From Leptospiraceae bacterium (GTDB lineage: Bacteria; Spirochaetota; Leptospiria; Leptospirales; Leptonemataceae): a stretch of DNA of 64,000 nucleotides. Location: positions 160,001 to 224,000 of the forward strand of contig JAVJNR010000004.1 of assembly GCA_040217195.1 (NCBI GenBank), in the 5' to 3' direction. The notes beneath the pieces were generated by a model. That model had not been told where the DNA came from. It worked only from the letters and a program-made list of their open reading frames with translations, and did no database searches. This document shows positions 51,901 through 60,891 of this stretch, piece by piece; position 1 is the first letter of the stretch; every line of letters begins with the position of its first letter. A program made the position numbers and the translations under genes.

Positions 51901-52340
51901 ATAATTCTTACATCTCTATATTTATCCGGGGTATCATTCCAAACATAGTAGTCTCTGTCTGGATGCCCTGGAGCCGCCCTACGTGCACGCTGGAACCAGG
52001 GGTGCTGATCTGAGGTATGATTGATAACAAGTTCTGTAATAACTCTCATGCCCATCTCATGGGCCATAGCCAGAAACTCTTTAAAATCCTTCAAGTTTCC
52101 GAAGATTGGATTTACGCTTTTGTAGTCAGCTATGTCATAACCATCGTCTCTTAGCGGAGATGGATAGAAGGGAAGTAACCAGAGTGCCGTAATTCCCAGA
52201 TCCTTCAGATATTCCAGCCGACTCATGAGTCCCGGGAAATCACCAATTCCATCGCCATTCGCATCGCAAAAGGAACGCACATGTAGCTCATAGATGATTG
52301 CATCCATGTACCAACGGTCCGAGTTATCCAGAAGGTTCAA
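48975..52340 (-). CDS. treS: Trehalose synthase (TreS) fused to maltokinase (Mak/Pep2)
   Basis: WYMDAIIYELHVRSF, ELVINHTSDQHPWF, GMRLDAIPYL, LAEANQW and FLRNHDELTLE; kinase domain RLHGDLHLGQIL, DYEG and SPLRDVAGM. Start placed at TTG 52340 after AAGGAAGG. Confidence 0.93.
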   Translation of the reverse strand: MNLLDNSDRWYMDAIIYELHVRSFCDANGDGIGDFPGLMSRLEYLKDLGITALWLLPFYPSPLRDDGYDIADYKSVNPIFGNLKDFKEFLAMAHEMGMRVITELVINHTSDQHPWFQRARRAAPGHPDRDYYVWNDTPDKYRDVRIIFQDFENSNWTWDELAGQYYWHRFYSHQPDLNFENPKVQQEVFDVLDFWLDMGVDGMRLDAIPYLYEKEGTSCENLPETHAFLKKLRSHIDGKYRGRMLLAEANQWPEDSVTFFGEGDECNMAFHFPLMPRMFMSVRMEDSFPIIDIVDQTPELPDGCQWAVFLRNHDELTLEMVTDEERDYMVRMYARDPRSRINLGIRRRLAPLLENDRRKVELMHALLFSMPGTPVIYYGDEIGMGDNIFLGDRDSVRTPMQWSPDRNAGFSRTNPQRLFLPVNIDPDYHYESVNVEAQQNSPNSLLWWMKRIISLRKQIPAFSQGTLEFVRCENRKILAFFRELNGQTILVLANLSAQVQYTSLDLSDHSGKLPVEMFSRHTFPRVTQNPYFFSFAPFSFYWFSLENETQHYRGPDEVPEIKLNNLPSLASLLDSQARDLLSPILPDFLRQQDWFPHRTRNIKSARIVRSVHPWADEMGLAIIDVVFSSGEQEYYQTCFQLEEEDQPEELWYGLTLEDIAERVPIVARLTVDDGSKRRFLLRECLGRWEPAQRLLEAALRNKQIRSDGTRLIPELSKEMKSALKGLDLSQAPIPFSSKYNNIVFNFGDRVVFKLYRRMEEGVHPELETGMALTRQSGGGIAAAYGALSYSDNGMEMSAGSFWEYIPSQGTALMFTRDNLESFLRIVPALSYNHPYVDVDEWIQGQRSDMPEVLQESTGNFLVSAQEMGETVAELHSRLRTVDRTEENQDFAVEPFTSHYRRALYQGLRNTLDYSISELRKAMPDLDSTTISLIGALMEFQKPMDKLFQNVKDRNLESGRIRLHGDLHLGQILYTGRGFVVLDYEGSVHRSFSERRIKGSPLRDVAGMSWSFAKESMKVLNGRSFPGLADNQARRWVTIWYNATTTMFLAGYLEHMARTESWDLLPAERHQVQELLDIFLLERGLQSLGYVLPDVKAGRLEPSELESRLRALLMIATQCISL

Positions 52341-52554
52341 TCCTTCCTTCTTGCGGGAATTCCGGGATGATGTATTCCGATCCAAATTGAGAGGCACTCT
52401 GGGTTCCTTATGGCCCACCCGACGGCCAAGAAATAAAAGAGGTTTCGGGATACAGGCTGGGCCTGCGATTGTATAAGCCATCCGGGGCATGGTATGGTCA
52501 AGAGAATTCGAGGATTTGTGTTGACTGTATCCGGAATTGGCCAGAGCTAAAGCT

Positions 52555-55050
52555 ATGTTGCAGCGTCAATCCCTGGTATCTAGTGTTAAATTAAAAGAGC
52601 TTCTGGGCCTGGAACAAAAGCTGGATCCGGAATCTCTGAAACGACATTTTGCCCATCACCTGGAGTACACGGTGGGCAAGTACAAAGAGAATACTCATGC
52701 AATCGACATATACCAGGCTCTTGCCTATACCATCCGTGACAGCTTAATCGACCGATACAATGAAACTCAGGAAGAACTCCAGAAGCGAAAGAGCCGCCGG
52801 GTCTATTATCTGTCCATGGAATTCCTGCTTGGTCGATTGCTTCGAAATAATCTGATCAATCTGGAAGCCCTGGATTATGCACGATCGCTGCTAAAAGAAA
52901 TCGGAGTATCCCTGGAAGATATCGAAGAATGCGAGATGGATGCCGGGCTGGGCAATGGAGGCCTGGGAAGACTGGCTGCATGCTTTATGGAAAGTGCCTC
53001 CACCATGGATCTACCCTGTCAGGGAGCCGGGCTGTACTATAACTACGGAATTTTCAATCAGCGTATTGAACACGGACATCAAAGAGAACTTCCGGATGAC
53101 TGGTTACTGGAGGGAAACCCCTGGACTATTGAAAGACTGGAGCGGACCTATGCGGTGCATTTCTACGGCCGCACCGAAAGCTACAGAAAAGAGGACCGAC
53201 ATCTGGTTCGCTGGATGCCAGGAGAAACAGTTCTGGCCACCGCCAATGACATCCTCATGCCCGGCTATAAAACACATACGGTCAATCCGTTAAGACTATG
53301 GCAGGCCAGAGCCAACAATGAATTCGATTTTACGTACTTTAACCATGGAGACTATGTCCGGGCAGTAGAGGATAAGATTCATTCAGAGAACATTACTCAT
53401 GTTCTTTATCCAAATGAAAACAATCTGCAGGGAAAGGAACTCAGACTGAAGCAGGAGTACTTTCTAGTAAGCGCAACTATCCAGGATGCCATGAGTGACT
53501 TCTTCGATATCGCAGAAAGCATAGAACAGCTTCCTGAAAAAGTATTCTTTCAGTTAAACGATACCCATCCGGCCGTGGGAATTGCTGAGCTAATGCGAAT
53601 CCTGATGGATGGCTATGGACTGGAATTCAAAAAAGCCTGGGAATTGGCCTCAAAATGCTTCGGTTACACGAATCATACGGTAATGCCTGAAGCTCTGGAA
53701 AAATGGGATCTGGAATTATTTGGCCGCATGCTTCCCAGGCACCTGGAAATCATCTATTTGATCAACCATGACTTTATGGAATGGGCAAGAACTCAGGGAG
53801 TTCCGGATCATGAATTGGCGGAACTATCCATCATTGACGAAAGACATCCGAGAAAGGTTCGGATGGCCAACCTGGCAATAGTCGGCTCTGTGGCGGTGAA
53901 CGGCGTTGCAGCCATCCACTCGGAAATCATAAAGAAGGATGTATTCCCTCAATTCGTAAAGATCTTCCCGGAAAGATTTCAAAACAAAACCAATGGAATC
54001 ACGTTCCGACGCTGGCTCATGGGATCCAACCCGGAATTGAATAGTCTGATTACCTCTCGATTGGGACAATCCTGGAAGCAGGATCTGAGCCGTCTTTCCG
54101 AGATAGCCCAACTGGCCGAGGACTCAGAATTTCAGGAAGCTTTCTATAAAGTAAAACTGCAAAACAAAGTAAAACTGGCTCAGATCATCCACCATGAATG
54201 CGGCGTGGAAGTGGACCCGGAAAGTATCTTCGACGCACAAATAAAGAGAATCCATGAATATAAACGACAGCTTTTAAATGCGTTGCGAATCATTGCTGAC
54301 TATCAGACCTTAAAGGATAATCCATCTCTAGATTATTTTCCCAGAACTTTTATCTTTGGAGGTAAGGCGGCTCCAGGCTACCATAGAGCCAAACTAATAG
54401 TAAGACTAATTCATGCCATAGGCGAAAAGGTGAATTCGGATCCGGACATTAAAGGAAGGATCAAAGTTGCCTTTCTGCCCAACTACAGAGTAAGCATGGC
54501 CGAACGCATCTTTCCGGCAACGGATCTATCCGAGCAAATTTCCACCGCAGGCACCGAAGCCTCCGGAACCGGAAATATGAAGTTTATGCTTAACGGAGCT
54601 CTTACCGTTGGAACCCTGGATGGAGCCAACATTGAAATCAAAGATGAAGTAGGTGATGAGAACATTTATATTTTCGGCCGCACTGTAGATGAAATCAATG
54701 ATCTTCGCTCCAGAGGTTATGATCCTGTACATATCTATCAGACGGATCCTCAGCTAAACCGAGTTCTGGAATCGGTCCATAGGAATGAGTTTGCGCCAGA
54801 GGAACCGGGAATCTTTCAGGAATTGTTTCACTCCCTTACCTATGGAGGTGACTATTACTTTCTACTTGAGGATTTTAGATCCTATTTAGAGATTCAAAAG
54901 CATATTGAAGAAGAGTATCGAAATCAAAGCCTGTGGCGTAAGAAGTCCATTCTTAACTGCGCTCGGAGCTCTTTCTTTTCGTCTGACAGAACCATCGATC
55001 AGTACGCAAAAGAAATCTGGAAGCTGGAGAAACTCAAACTGTATGTATAG
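52555..55050 (+). CDS. glgP: Glycogen/alpha-glucan phosphorylase
   Basis: YLSMEFLLGR, LGNGGLGRLAACF, QLNDTHP, YTNHT, KRIHEYKRQ and PLP motif EASGTGNMK. Confidence 0.96.
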   Translation: MLQRQSLVSSVKLKELLGLEQKLDPESLKRHFAHHLEYTVGKYKENTHAIDIYQALAYTIRDSLIDRYNETQEELQKRKSRRVYYLSMEFLLGRLLRNNLINLEALDYARSLLKEIGVSLEDIEECEMDAGLGNGGLGRLAACFMESASTMDLPCQGAGLYYNYGIFNQRIEHGHQRELPDDWLLEGNPWTIERLERTYAVHFYGRTESYRKEDRHLVRWMPGETVLATANDILMPGYKTHTVNPLRLWQARANNEFDFTYFNHGDYVRAVEDKIHSENITHVLYPNENNLQGKELRLKQEYFLVSATIQDAMSDFFDIAESIEQLPEKVFFQLNDTHPAVGIAELMRILMDGYGLEFKKAWELASKCFGYTNHTVMPEALEKWDLELFGRMLPRHLEIIYLINHDFMEWARTQGVPDHELAELSIIDERHPRKVRMANLAIVGSVAVNGVAAIHSEIIKKDVFPQFVKIFPERFQNKTNGITFRRWLMGSNPELNSLITSRLGQSWKQDLSRLSEIAQLAEDSEFQEAFYKVKLQNKVKLAQIIHHECGVEVDPESIFDAQIKRIHEYKRQLLNALRIIADYQTLKDNPSLDYFPRTFIFGGKAAPGYHRAKLIVRLIHAIGEKVNSDPDIKGRIKVAFLPNYRVSMAERIFPATDLSEQISTAGTEASGTGNMKFMLNGALTVGTLDGANIEIKDEVGDENIYIFGRTVDEINDLRSRGYDPVHIYQTDPQLNRVLESVHRNEFAPEEPGIFQELFHSLTYGGDYYFLLEDFRSYLEIQKHIEEEYRNQSLWRKKSILNCARSSFFSSDRTIDQYAKEIWKLEKLKLYV

Positions 55051-55118
55051 ACTCAGTTAAGATTAATGAATGGGCGAAAAGACCGTTGCATCTGCAGCTA
55101 CCAGGGTGATTCTGGACC

Positions 55119-56015
55119 ATGGCCGCTGGGAGTAAACATCGGATTGGCATAGATCTGGGAGGCACCAAGACAGAAGTAGTGCTTCTGGACCAAGATGATA
55201 GTATTGTTCTGCGAAACAGAAAGCCCACTCCTGCAGACCAGGGTTATGAAGCAATACTGAATGTTGTCATTGAATTGATTGAGGAGGCGCGAAAGGCCAG
55301 TGCTGGCAGGCCCACCATCGGTGTTGGAATTCCCGGTATCATTGATTCAGAAACCAACCTTGTACTGAATGCAAATACAACCATAATGATTGGCCATCCT
55401 CTCCAAAAGGACCTGGAGAGCCGGCTAGGTCAATCGGTGCGAATTGAAAACGATGCCAACTGTTTTGCGCTCGCTGAAGCAACCATGGGAGCCGGCCGAG
55501 GATTTGATACAATTTTTGGTGTAATTATGGGAACCGGTTGTGGCGGCGCCATAGTAATCAATGGAGAGCTTCATGCAGGACTTCATGGAATTGCCGGCGA
55601 ATGGGGCCATTTCAGTATCGATCCAGCTGGTCCACAATGCTGGTGTGGAAATCCCGGTTGTATTGAAACCTTGATTTCCGGCGGGGGCCTGCAAAAGCGA
55701 TTCAAAGCGCAGTTCAATGAAAGCAAGACAGTACCCGAGATTGTAGATGGGGCCCGCCAGGGCTTAGATAGAGAAAAGCAATTCTTCGATCGGTTTCTGG
55801 ATGACTTTGGCCGAGCCCTGGGCGGACTGATTTCCATTCTGGATCCGGATGCTGTAATCATGGGCGGTGGGCTTTCCAATCTGGATGAACTATACGGACC
55901 CGGAAGGCAAAGAGTTCTGCATTATACTTTTCACAAGAAGGCTCGAACCCCTATACTTAGAAATGAACTGGGTGACTCCGCCGGTGTATTTGGTGCTGCG
56001 CAACTCTGGAGTTAG
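55119..56015 (+). CDS. ROK-family sugar kinase (fructokinase/mannokinase-like)
   Basis: IGIDLGGTK, ENDANCFALAE, GTGCGG, GEWGH, CWCGNPGCIE and GDSAGVFGAA. Confidence 0.92.
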   Translation: MAAGSKHRIGIDLGGTKTEVVLLDQDDSIVLRNRKPTPADQGYEAILNVVIELIEEARKASAGRPTIGVGIPGIIDSETNLVLNANTTIMIGHPLQKDLESRLGQSVRIENDANCFALAEATMGAGRGFDTIFGVIMGTGCGGAIVINGELHAGLHGIAGEWGHFSIDPAGPQCWCGNPGCIETLISGGGLQKRFKAQFNESKTVPEIVDGARQGLDREKQFFDRFLDDFGRALGGLISILDPDAVIMGGGLSNLDELYGPGRQRVLHYTFHKKARTPILRNELGDSAGVFGAAQLWS

Positions 56016-56029
56016 CCTTTGAAAATTCT

Positions 56030-57820
56030 ATGGATCTCCTCTCTGCACTACAAAACCATCCGGAGATAGTTCAGGAAGAAAGCCTGGAGCTTAAAGAGAC
56101 CCATATTTCCAGGGTTCTGGTTGGCCAGAAGCGGGTGTTTAAATTCAAGAAAGCGGTACAGCTGGACTTTGTGGATCAGTCCAGTCTGGAAAAAAGGGTT
56201 CAGCTTTGTTTGCTGGAGTACATGTTAAATTCCAGACTTTCGCCTGAAGTCTATCTGGACATTCAGTTGCTGCATAGTAGAACAAAAGAAGGTAACCCTG
56301 AATTTGTATCCTGGGATGAACTTTCCGAAGACTCCCTGGAGCAGATACGAAAGAAACACATTGAGGCGAATACTTCCTGGCAGGTACACTCGGAAAAACC
56401 AGACTCTTTCGCCTCCAATCAGCCGTACAACTTTCTTCAGGAATCCAGGGCAAGTCATATAATTTCGCGGTGCCGGGATCGCTTCGGTGAACCTCTGGAT
56501 GTATGTGTAGTAATGCAGCATCTGCCTGATTCCCATCGGCTGCAGGAAAGACCCGGACTAACGTCGATAGACATGCAGAACCTTGCATTTCACCTGGCCC
56601 GATTTCATCGCTCCCTACCGGAACAGTTTCCATCTGCAGGATTCTCATCCAGGTTAGATAATGTAATGAACACTCTGCAATCCTTGCAGAAGCTTCGATT
56701 CAAAGAGTCTCTGGATAGACGAATCAAAAGCGAAACGAACCGATTGAAGAAACGTCGCTATCATGAAGTGGATGGACATGGAGATCTAAGACCGGACCAT
56801 ATCTACATTCAGGGCGAGGAGGTATCTATCATCGACTGTGTAGAGTTCAGTCCGGAGATTCGACAGGTTGATCCATTCGAAGACATTGCATTTACAACCA
56901 TGGGCCTTCGACTGGATGGAAGATCCGACCTGGCCCGACAGCTAGCATTGAATTATCTGAGTCTTTTACCGGATGTGAATGGATTCGTACTTCTGGATCT
57001 ATACGAAATCTACCGGGCCTGCGTTCGACTGATGGTGGATCGACTTCAGCTGAAAAGCGCACAAAGCGATGCTGAGAATCCGCATTCCCAAGTACGCAGG
57101 CTAAGAGCCAGGTGCCAGCAATATGAATCCTTGATTGAGGATTTGCTTACAGGACAACAGACCAATCATATTGCGGCAAGCTCCTGGCCTGAATCTACCA
57201 TAATTGTTCTCATGGGCTTACCGGCCACCGGTAAGTCATTAATTGGGCGATTGATACGCAACGATGGTATTCCAGTGCTATCCAGCGACCTGATTCGAAA
57301 GTCCAGAAGCGAAGATTTTAATGAAAGGAATCCCCGTCCTTTTGGCCAGGGAGATTATTCTTCGCACAGAAAGAAAAGAAACTACCAGAAGCTGGTGGCC
57401 GTGTGCGGAAAACTGCAGGAAAAAGAATCGGTTATCTGCCTGGATGCTAGCTTTTCGAAGAGACAGTACAGAGAAATTCTTCTGAAGCACTGCAAGGATT
57501 CCAATTTTCAGGGACAAATATTGTTTCTGGAAACCACCTGCGATGAGCAGACAATCCGAAATCGATTGGATAAAAGAAAAAGGAACCGTGGAGCGTCGGA
57601 CTTAACAGACTTCTCTACCTGGAAGAAAATTGAATCCGGGTTCGAACCTTTGCTATTGAAGCGTGCAGACACAGATCGATCTTCCGAAGATTCCGGCTAT
57701 TCCAATGTGCGTTGCTATCATATTATGCTAGATACATCCGGCGAAAAGCGAACCGAATCCATTGTTTCTGAAATAAGAGAGGGCATCCCGGAGTTTTTTC
57801 AATCAACCTCCAGTCAATAG
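56030..57820 (+). CDS. Bifunctional aminoglycoside-phosphotransferase-like / P-loop kinase protein
   Basis: ETHIS, FKFKKAV, HGDLRPDHI and IIDCVEF; C-terminal GLPATGKS, SSDLIRK and DASF. Confidence 0.85.
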   Translation: MDLLSALQNHPEIVQEESLELKETHISRVLVGQKRVFKFKKAVQLDFVDQSSLEKRVQLCLLEYMLNSRLSPEVYLDIQLLHSRTKEGNPEFVSWDELSEDSLEQIRKKHIEANTSWQVHSEKPDSFASNQPYNFLQESRASHIISRCRDRFGEPLDVCVVMQHLPDSHRLQERPGLTSIDMQNLAFHLARFHRSLPEQFPSAGFSSRLDNVMNTLQSLQKLRFKESLDRRIKSETNRLKKRRYHEVDGHGDLRPDHIYIQGEEVSIIDCVEFSPEIRQVDPFEDIAFTTMGLRLDGRSDLARQLALNYLSLLPDVNGFVLLDLYEIYRACVRLMVDRLQLKSAQSDAENPHSQVRRLRARCQQYESLIEDLLTGQQTNHIAASSWPESTIIVLMGLPATGKSLIGRLIRNDGIPVLSSDLIRKSRSEDFNERNPRPFGQGDYSSHRKKRNYQKLVAVCGKLQEKESVICLDASFSKRQYREILLKHCKDSNFQGQILFLETTCDEQTIRNRLDKRKRNRGASDLTDFSTWKKIESGFEPLLLKRADTDRSSEDSGYSNVRCYHIMLDTSGEKRTESIVSEIREGIPEFFQSTSSQ

Positions 57821-57862
57821 ATGCCAAATAGATGCGACTCAACCGGGGAATAGATGCGACTC
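57816..57862. repeat. Short phased direct repeats AATAGATGC(GACTC)
   Basis: AATAGATGC at 57816; AATAGATGCGACTC at 57827 and 57849. Confidence 0.7.
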
Positions 57863-57947
57863 GGCGCATTAATAATTGGCTTGAATCGGTTAAGACAATC
57901 CGATTGTGGAGTCCCCGGCCGGCTGGCCGAGGATTTCTAAAAAACGG

Positions 57948-58748
57948 TCAGGGCATTTGCTTTCGCGCTTCAGGTATGAATTTCCTCAGATTATCAATTC
58001 TGGTTCCATGGGATGGATGAGTAGAAGCGAATTCCGGTCCTCCACCTCCGCCCTGCTCGGCCATTCTCTGCCAGAAGGCCACGGATGCTTCCGGATCATA
58101 ACCGGCCCGGGCCATGTAGAGTAGTCCAATCTTGTCTGCTTCCGTTTCATGATCCCGACTGAATGGAAGCATGACACCAAACTTTGCTCCCGCACCAAGC
58201 AATCCAAGGACCTTCTGTCGGGCCGCAGGATCCATCTCCGCCATGGAGGCGTTGGCACCCTGCATGACTGTATTGTAGATATCGTTGCTGAACAGTCTCT
58301 GGGCTCCATGCCGCATGGTTGCATGAGCCATCTCATGGCCTATTACCGTTGCCAGTCCCGCTTCATCCTGCGCCACAGGAAGGATTCCGGTGTACACCAC
58401 TATCTTGCCTCCGGGCAGACAGAATGCATTGACCTGATTGTTGCGTACTACGTTCACTTCCCATTCGAAGTCATCTCCACCATCTCCGGTGGTAGGTATT
58501 AGCCGCTGAACCACTCGACGAACCATTTCCACTTCAGGTCCACTGGTCAATACCTCACTTTCAGCCAGTACCTGACGATAGCTTTGCATACCCAGGGATT
58601 CTTCCTGGTCTTCGGATAAACCAATTTTGATCTCTTCTCCGGTTTCTGGATTGGTCCAGGTATCTGCAGAAAAGTACTTCCAGGCGGCCAGCGCCAGAAA
58701 CAGTAACAACGGAAGTATTGCGAACTTCTTCTTTCCCTTCATCCTCAC
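57948..58748 (-). CDS. M48-family zinc metallopeptidase
   Basis: VNAFCLPGG, HEMAH, FSRDHETEAD and STHP. Confidence 0.93.
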   Translation of the reverse strand: MRMKGKKKFAILPLLLFLALAAWKYFSADTWTNPETGEEIKIGLSEDQEESLGMQSYRQVLAESEVLTSGPEVEMVRRVVQRLIPTTGDGGDDFEWEVNVVRNNQVNAFCLPGGKIVVYTGILPVAQDEAGLATVIGHEMAHATMRHGAQRLFSNDIYNTVMQGANASMAEMDPAARQKVLGLLGAGAKFGVMLPFSRDHETEADKIGLLYMARAGYDPEASVAFWQRMAEQGGGGGPEFASTHPSHGTRIDNLRKFIPEARKQMP

Positions 58749-58851
58749 CCTACCTTTTACGCTGCGTAAACAGAACTACCACGCCGCTTATTTCTAGTGG
58801 GCATAATCTGAAAATGACTTGCAATTCAGGCAAGCGATTATACGAACCTGC

Positions 58852-59763
58852 ATGGTTCAAATATCCAGGAAAATCAGCGAATCAAGTCTATTTCAGAATT
58901 TCATCACAGTGGTGATTCTTCTCACTGCCGTTCTCGTAGGTATCGAAACCTATCCATCCATGATTCAGAAGTACGGAGATTTACTCCATGCACTGGACAA
59001 GGTTATTCTAGCTATATTTGTTATTGAAATCGTAGTTAAGCTAGTTGCTCGATGGCCCAGGCCTCAACTTTTCTTCACAGACTCCTGGAATATCTTTGAT
59101 TTTGCCATTGTAGCTGCCGCCTTTCTGCCCATTGATGCTCAGTACGTTACGGTTCTTCGACTGCTCCGGCTATTGCGAGTTCTGCGATTGGTACGGGCAT
59201 TACCACAGCTTCGGATTCTCGTAACGGCTCTGTTAAAGAGCATTCCTTCTATGTTCTATGTAGGCATCTTTCTGTTTCTATTGTTTTACATCTATGCAGT
59301 GGCATCGGTTTTTCTTTTCTCTGCCAACGATCCTATTCATTTCCGGGATCTACCCCAGGCGTTCATCTCATTGTTTAGGGCCGTAACTCTGGAGGACTGG
59401 ACAGATTTAATGTACATCCAGACCTACGGATGTGATGGCTACGGCTATGATGGCAAAGAACATCTCTGCACCGCCCCCCAGGCATTTCCAGTTCTGAGCC
59501 CTCTATTCTTCATCAGTTTTGTTATGATGGGCACAATGATTGTACTGAACCTGTTCATCGGTGTAATCATGAATGGCATGGATGAAGCGAAAGAGGAAAT
59601 GGAAGCTGAAGGAATTGCAAGCGATGACACTCCCAGTCCGCAGGATGAATGGAAAAAACTGGAGAAAGAAATGAAAGATCTGGAACACAGGATTGGCTCA
59701 ATTCGTAAGGCCATGGCTATCCAGAATGCAAGAGAAGCAGAAAAGAAAGCCCTGGGACGATAG
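58852..59763 (+). CDS. Prokaryotic voltage-gated cation channel (BacNav-like)
   Basis: WNIFDF; S4 helix LRLLRLLRVLRLVR; pore VTLEDWTD; S6 helix LNLFIGVI; C-terminal coiled coil. Confidence 0.93.
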   Translation: MVQISRKISESSLFQNFITVVILLTAVLVGIETYPSMIQKYGDLLHALDKVILAIFVIEIVVKLVARWPRPQLFFTDSWNIFDFAIVAAAFLPIDAQYVTVLRLLRLLRVLRLVRALPQLRILVTALLKSIPSMFYVGIFLFLLFYIYAVASVFLFSANDPIHFRDLPQAFISLFRAVTLEDWTDLMYIQTYGCDGYGYDGKEHLCTAPQAFPVLSPLFFISFVMMGTMIVLNLFIGVIMNGMDEAKEEMEAEGIASDDTPSPQDEWKKLEKEMKDLEHRIGSIRKAMAIQNAREAEKKALGR

Positions 59764-59925
59764 CTATGTCTGGTCCGGTTCAGCAAAGAGCCGGAGCATT
59801 CAGCCATTCGCTATAGAGGCTTGTTGAATTTCACATGTAACATCCAACGAAGGGGCATTCATCATGGTCTGAAACGGAACCCCTTTTTTTGAGGCAGGAG
59901 GCACCGTTTATTGCGACTATAGAGT

Positions 59926-60786
59926 ATGAAATCTATCCACTTGATTGGTTCTTCTATAATCTTGATTTCCTCATTGCTCCTGCCTGGTTGTTCCGAAGGT
60001 TTCCAACCCGAAGAGCTGATTACAGCCCATAACCGCTCCGCCTGGAACTCCTATGATATAATCCATTTCGATATGGTGCTTTCGTCAAACGGAGAGACCC
60101 GGCTGGAGGCCTCCTTCTGGCTGGATCCTGTTCTTTCCCGAGCCAGAATGCAAACCACCGAAGGAAGCATCGTAGTATTCGATGGCTCTGATTTTTATTC
60201 CGCCGGGCCCGAGCTAAAACGAGCCAGGTTTCATGTACTAACCTGGCCGTACTTTCTTGCTGTGCCCTATAAGCTTGATGATCCAGGAAGCATGCAGGAG
60301 TCTATTGAACCGACGCTTATGGACGGCAAGAAATACCCCGGAATTCGCTTAACCTTTGAATCTGGCGTAGGAGATACACCGGATGATTGGTACATTGTCT
60401 ACCAGGATCCAAGCAGCCGTCGCCTCCACGGTCTGGCCTACATAGTTACATATGGCAAAGATATACAGAAAGCCGAGGCAGATCCTCATGCTATTGTATA
60501 CAGAGACTACCGGGAGTTTTCCGGTATTCCCATTGCAACACACTGGACGTTTCACTCCTGGAATGATCCAGATAGCTTGAAAGCGAATACGGATACCCCT
60601 GAAAGCAGGACCGATAAGAATCCTCCCGTTATACCCACCGAACGATTGATGGAAGCTCATCTAAGCAACATTGCCTTCTATTCGAACGGAAAAGCTTCCA
60701 CGCGAAACGAAGCAGCGCTGCCAGTTCCTCTGGATGAATTGTTTGTAGCTCCAGCCAATGCACGAATAGAGGCAAGACCCGAATAA
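59926..60786 (+). CDS. Conserved hypothetical lipoprotein (DUF6503-like)
   Basis: Lipobox LLPGC; TWPYFLAVPYKL.DPG, GVGDTPDDWY and YIVTYGK. Confidence 0.65.
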   Translation: MKSIHLIGSSIILISSLLLPGCSEGFQPEELITAHNRSAWNSYDIIHFDMVLSSNGETRLEASFWLDPVLSRARMQTTEGSIVVFDGSDFYSAGPELKRARFHVLTWPYFLAVPYKLDDPGSMQESIEPTLMDGKKYPGIRLTFESGVGDTPDDWYIVYQDPSSRRLHGLAYIVTYGKDIQKAEADPHAIVYRDYREFSGIPIATHWTFHSWNDPDSLKANTDTPESRTDKNPPVIPTERLMEAHLSNIAFYSNGKASTRNEAALPVPLDELFVAPANARIEARPE

Positions 60787-60787
60787 T

Positions 60788-60820
60788 AAAAAAAGCCGAC
60801 CCATAATGAGTCGGCTTTAA
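60788..60820. terminator. Intrinsic terminator between convergent genes
   Basis: A-run, AAAGCCGAC stem, 9-nt loop, GTCGGCTTT; the U-tract is stronger on the minus (thiolase) strand. Confidence 0.8.
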
Positions 60821-60891
60821 GTTCCGGGAATACACCCAGCGAGCCGCTATTCGACTACTGGTTTCACGCCCGGTTCGATGGCCTGCCTGGA

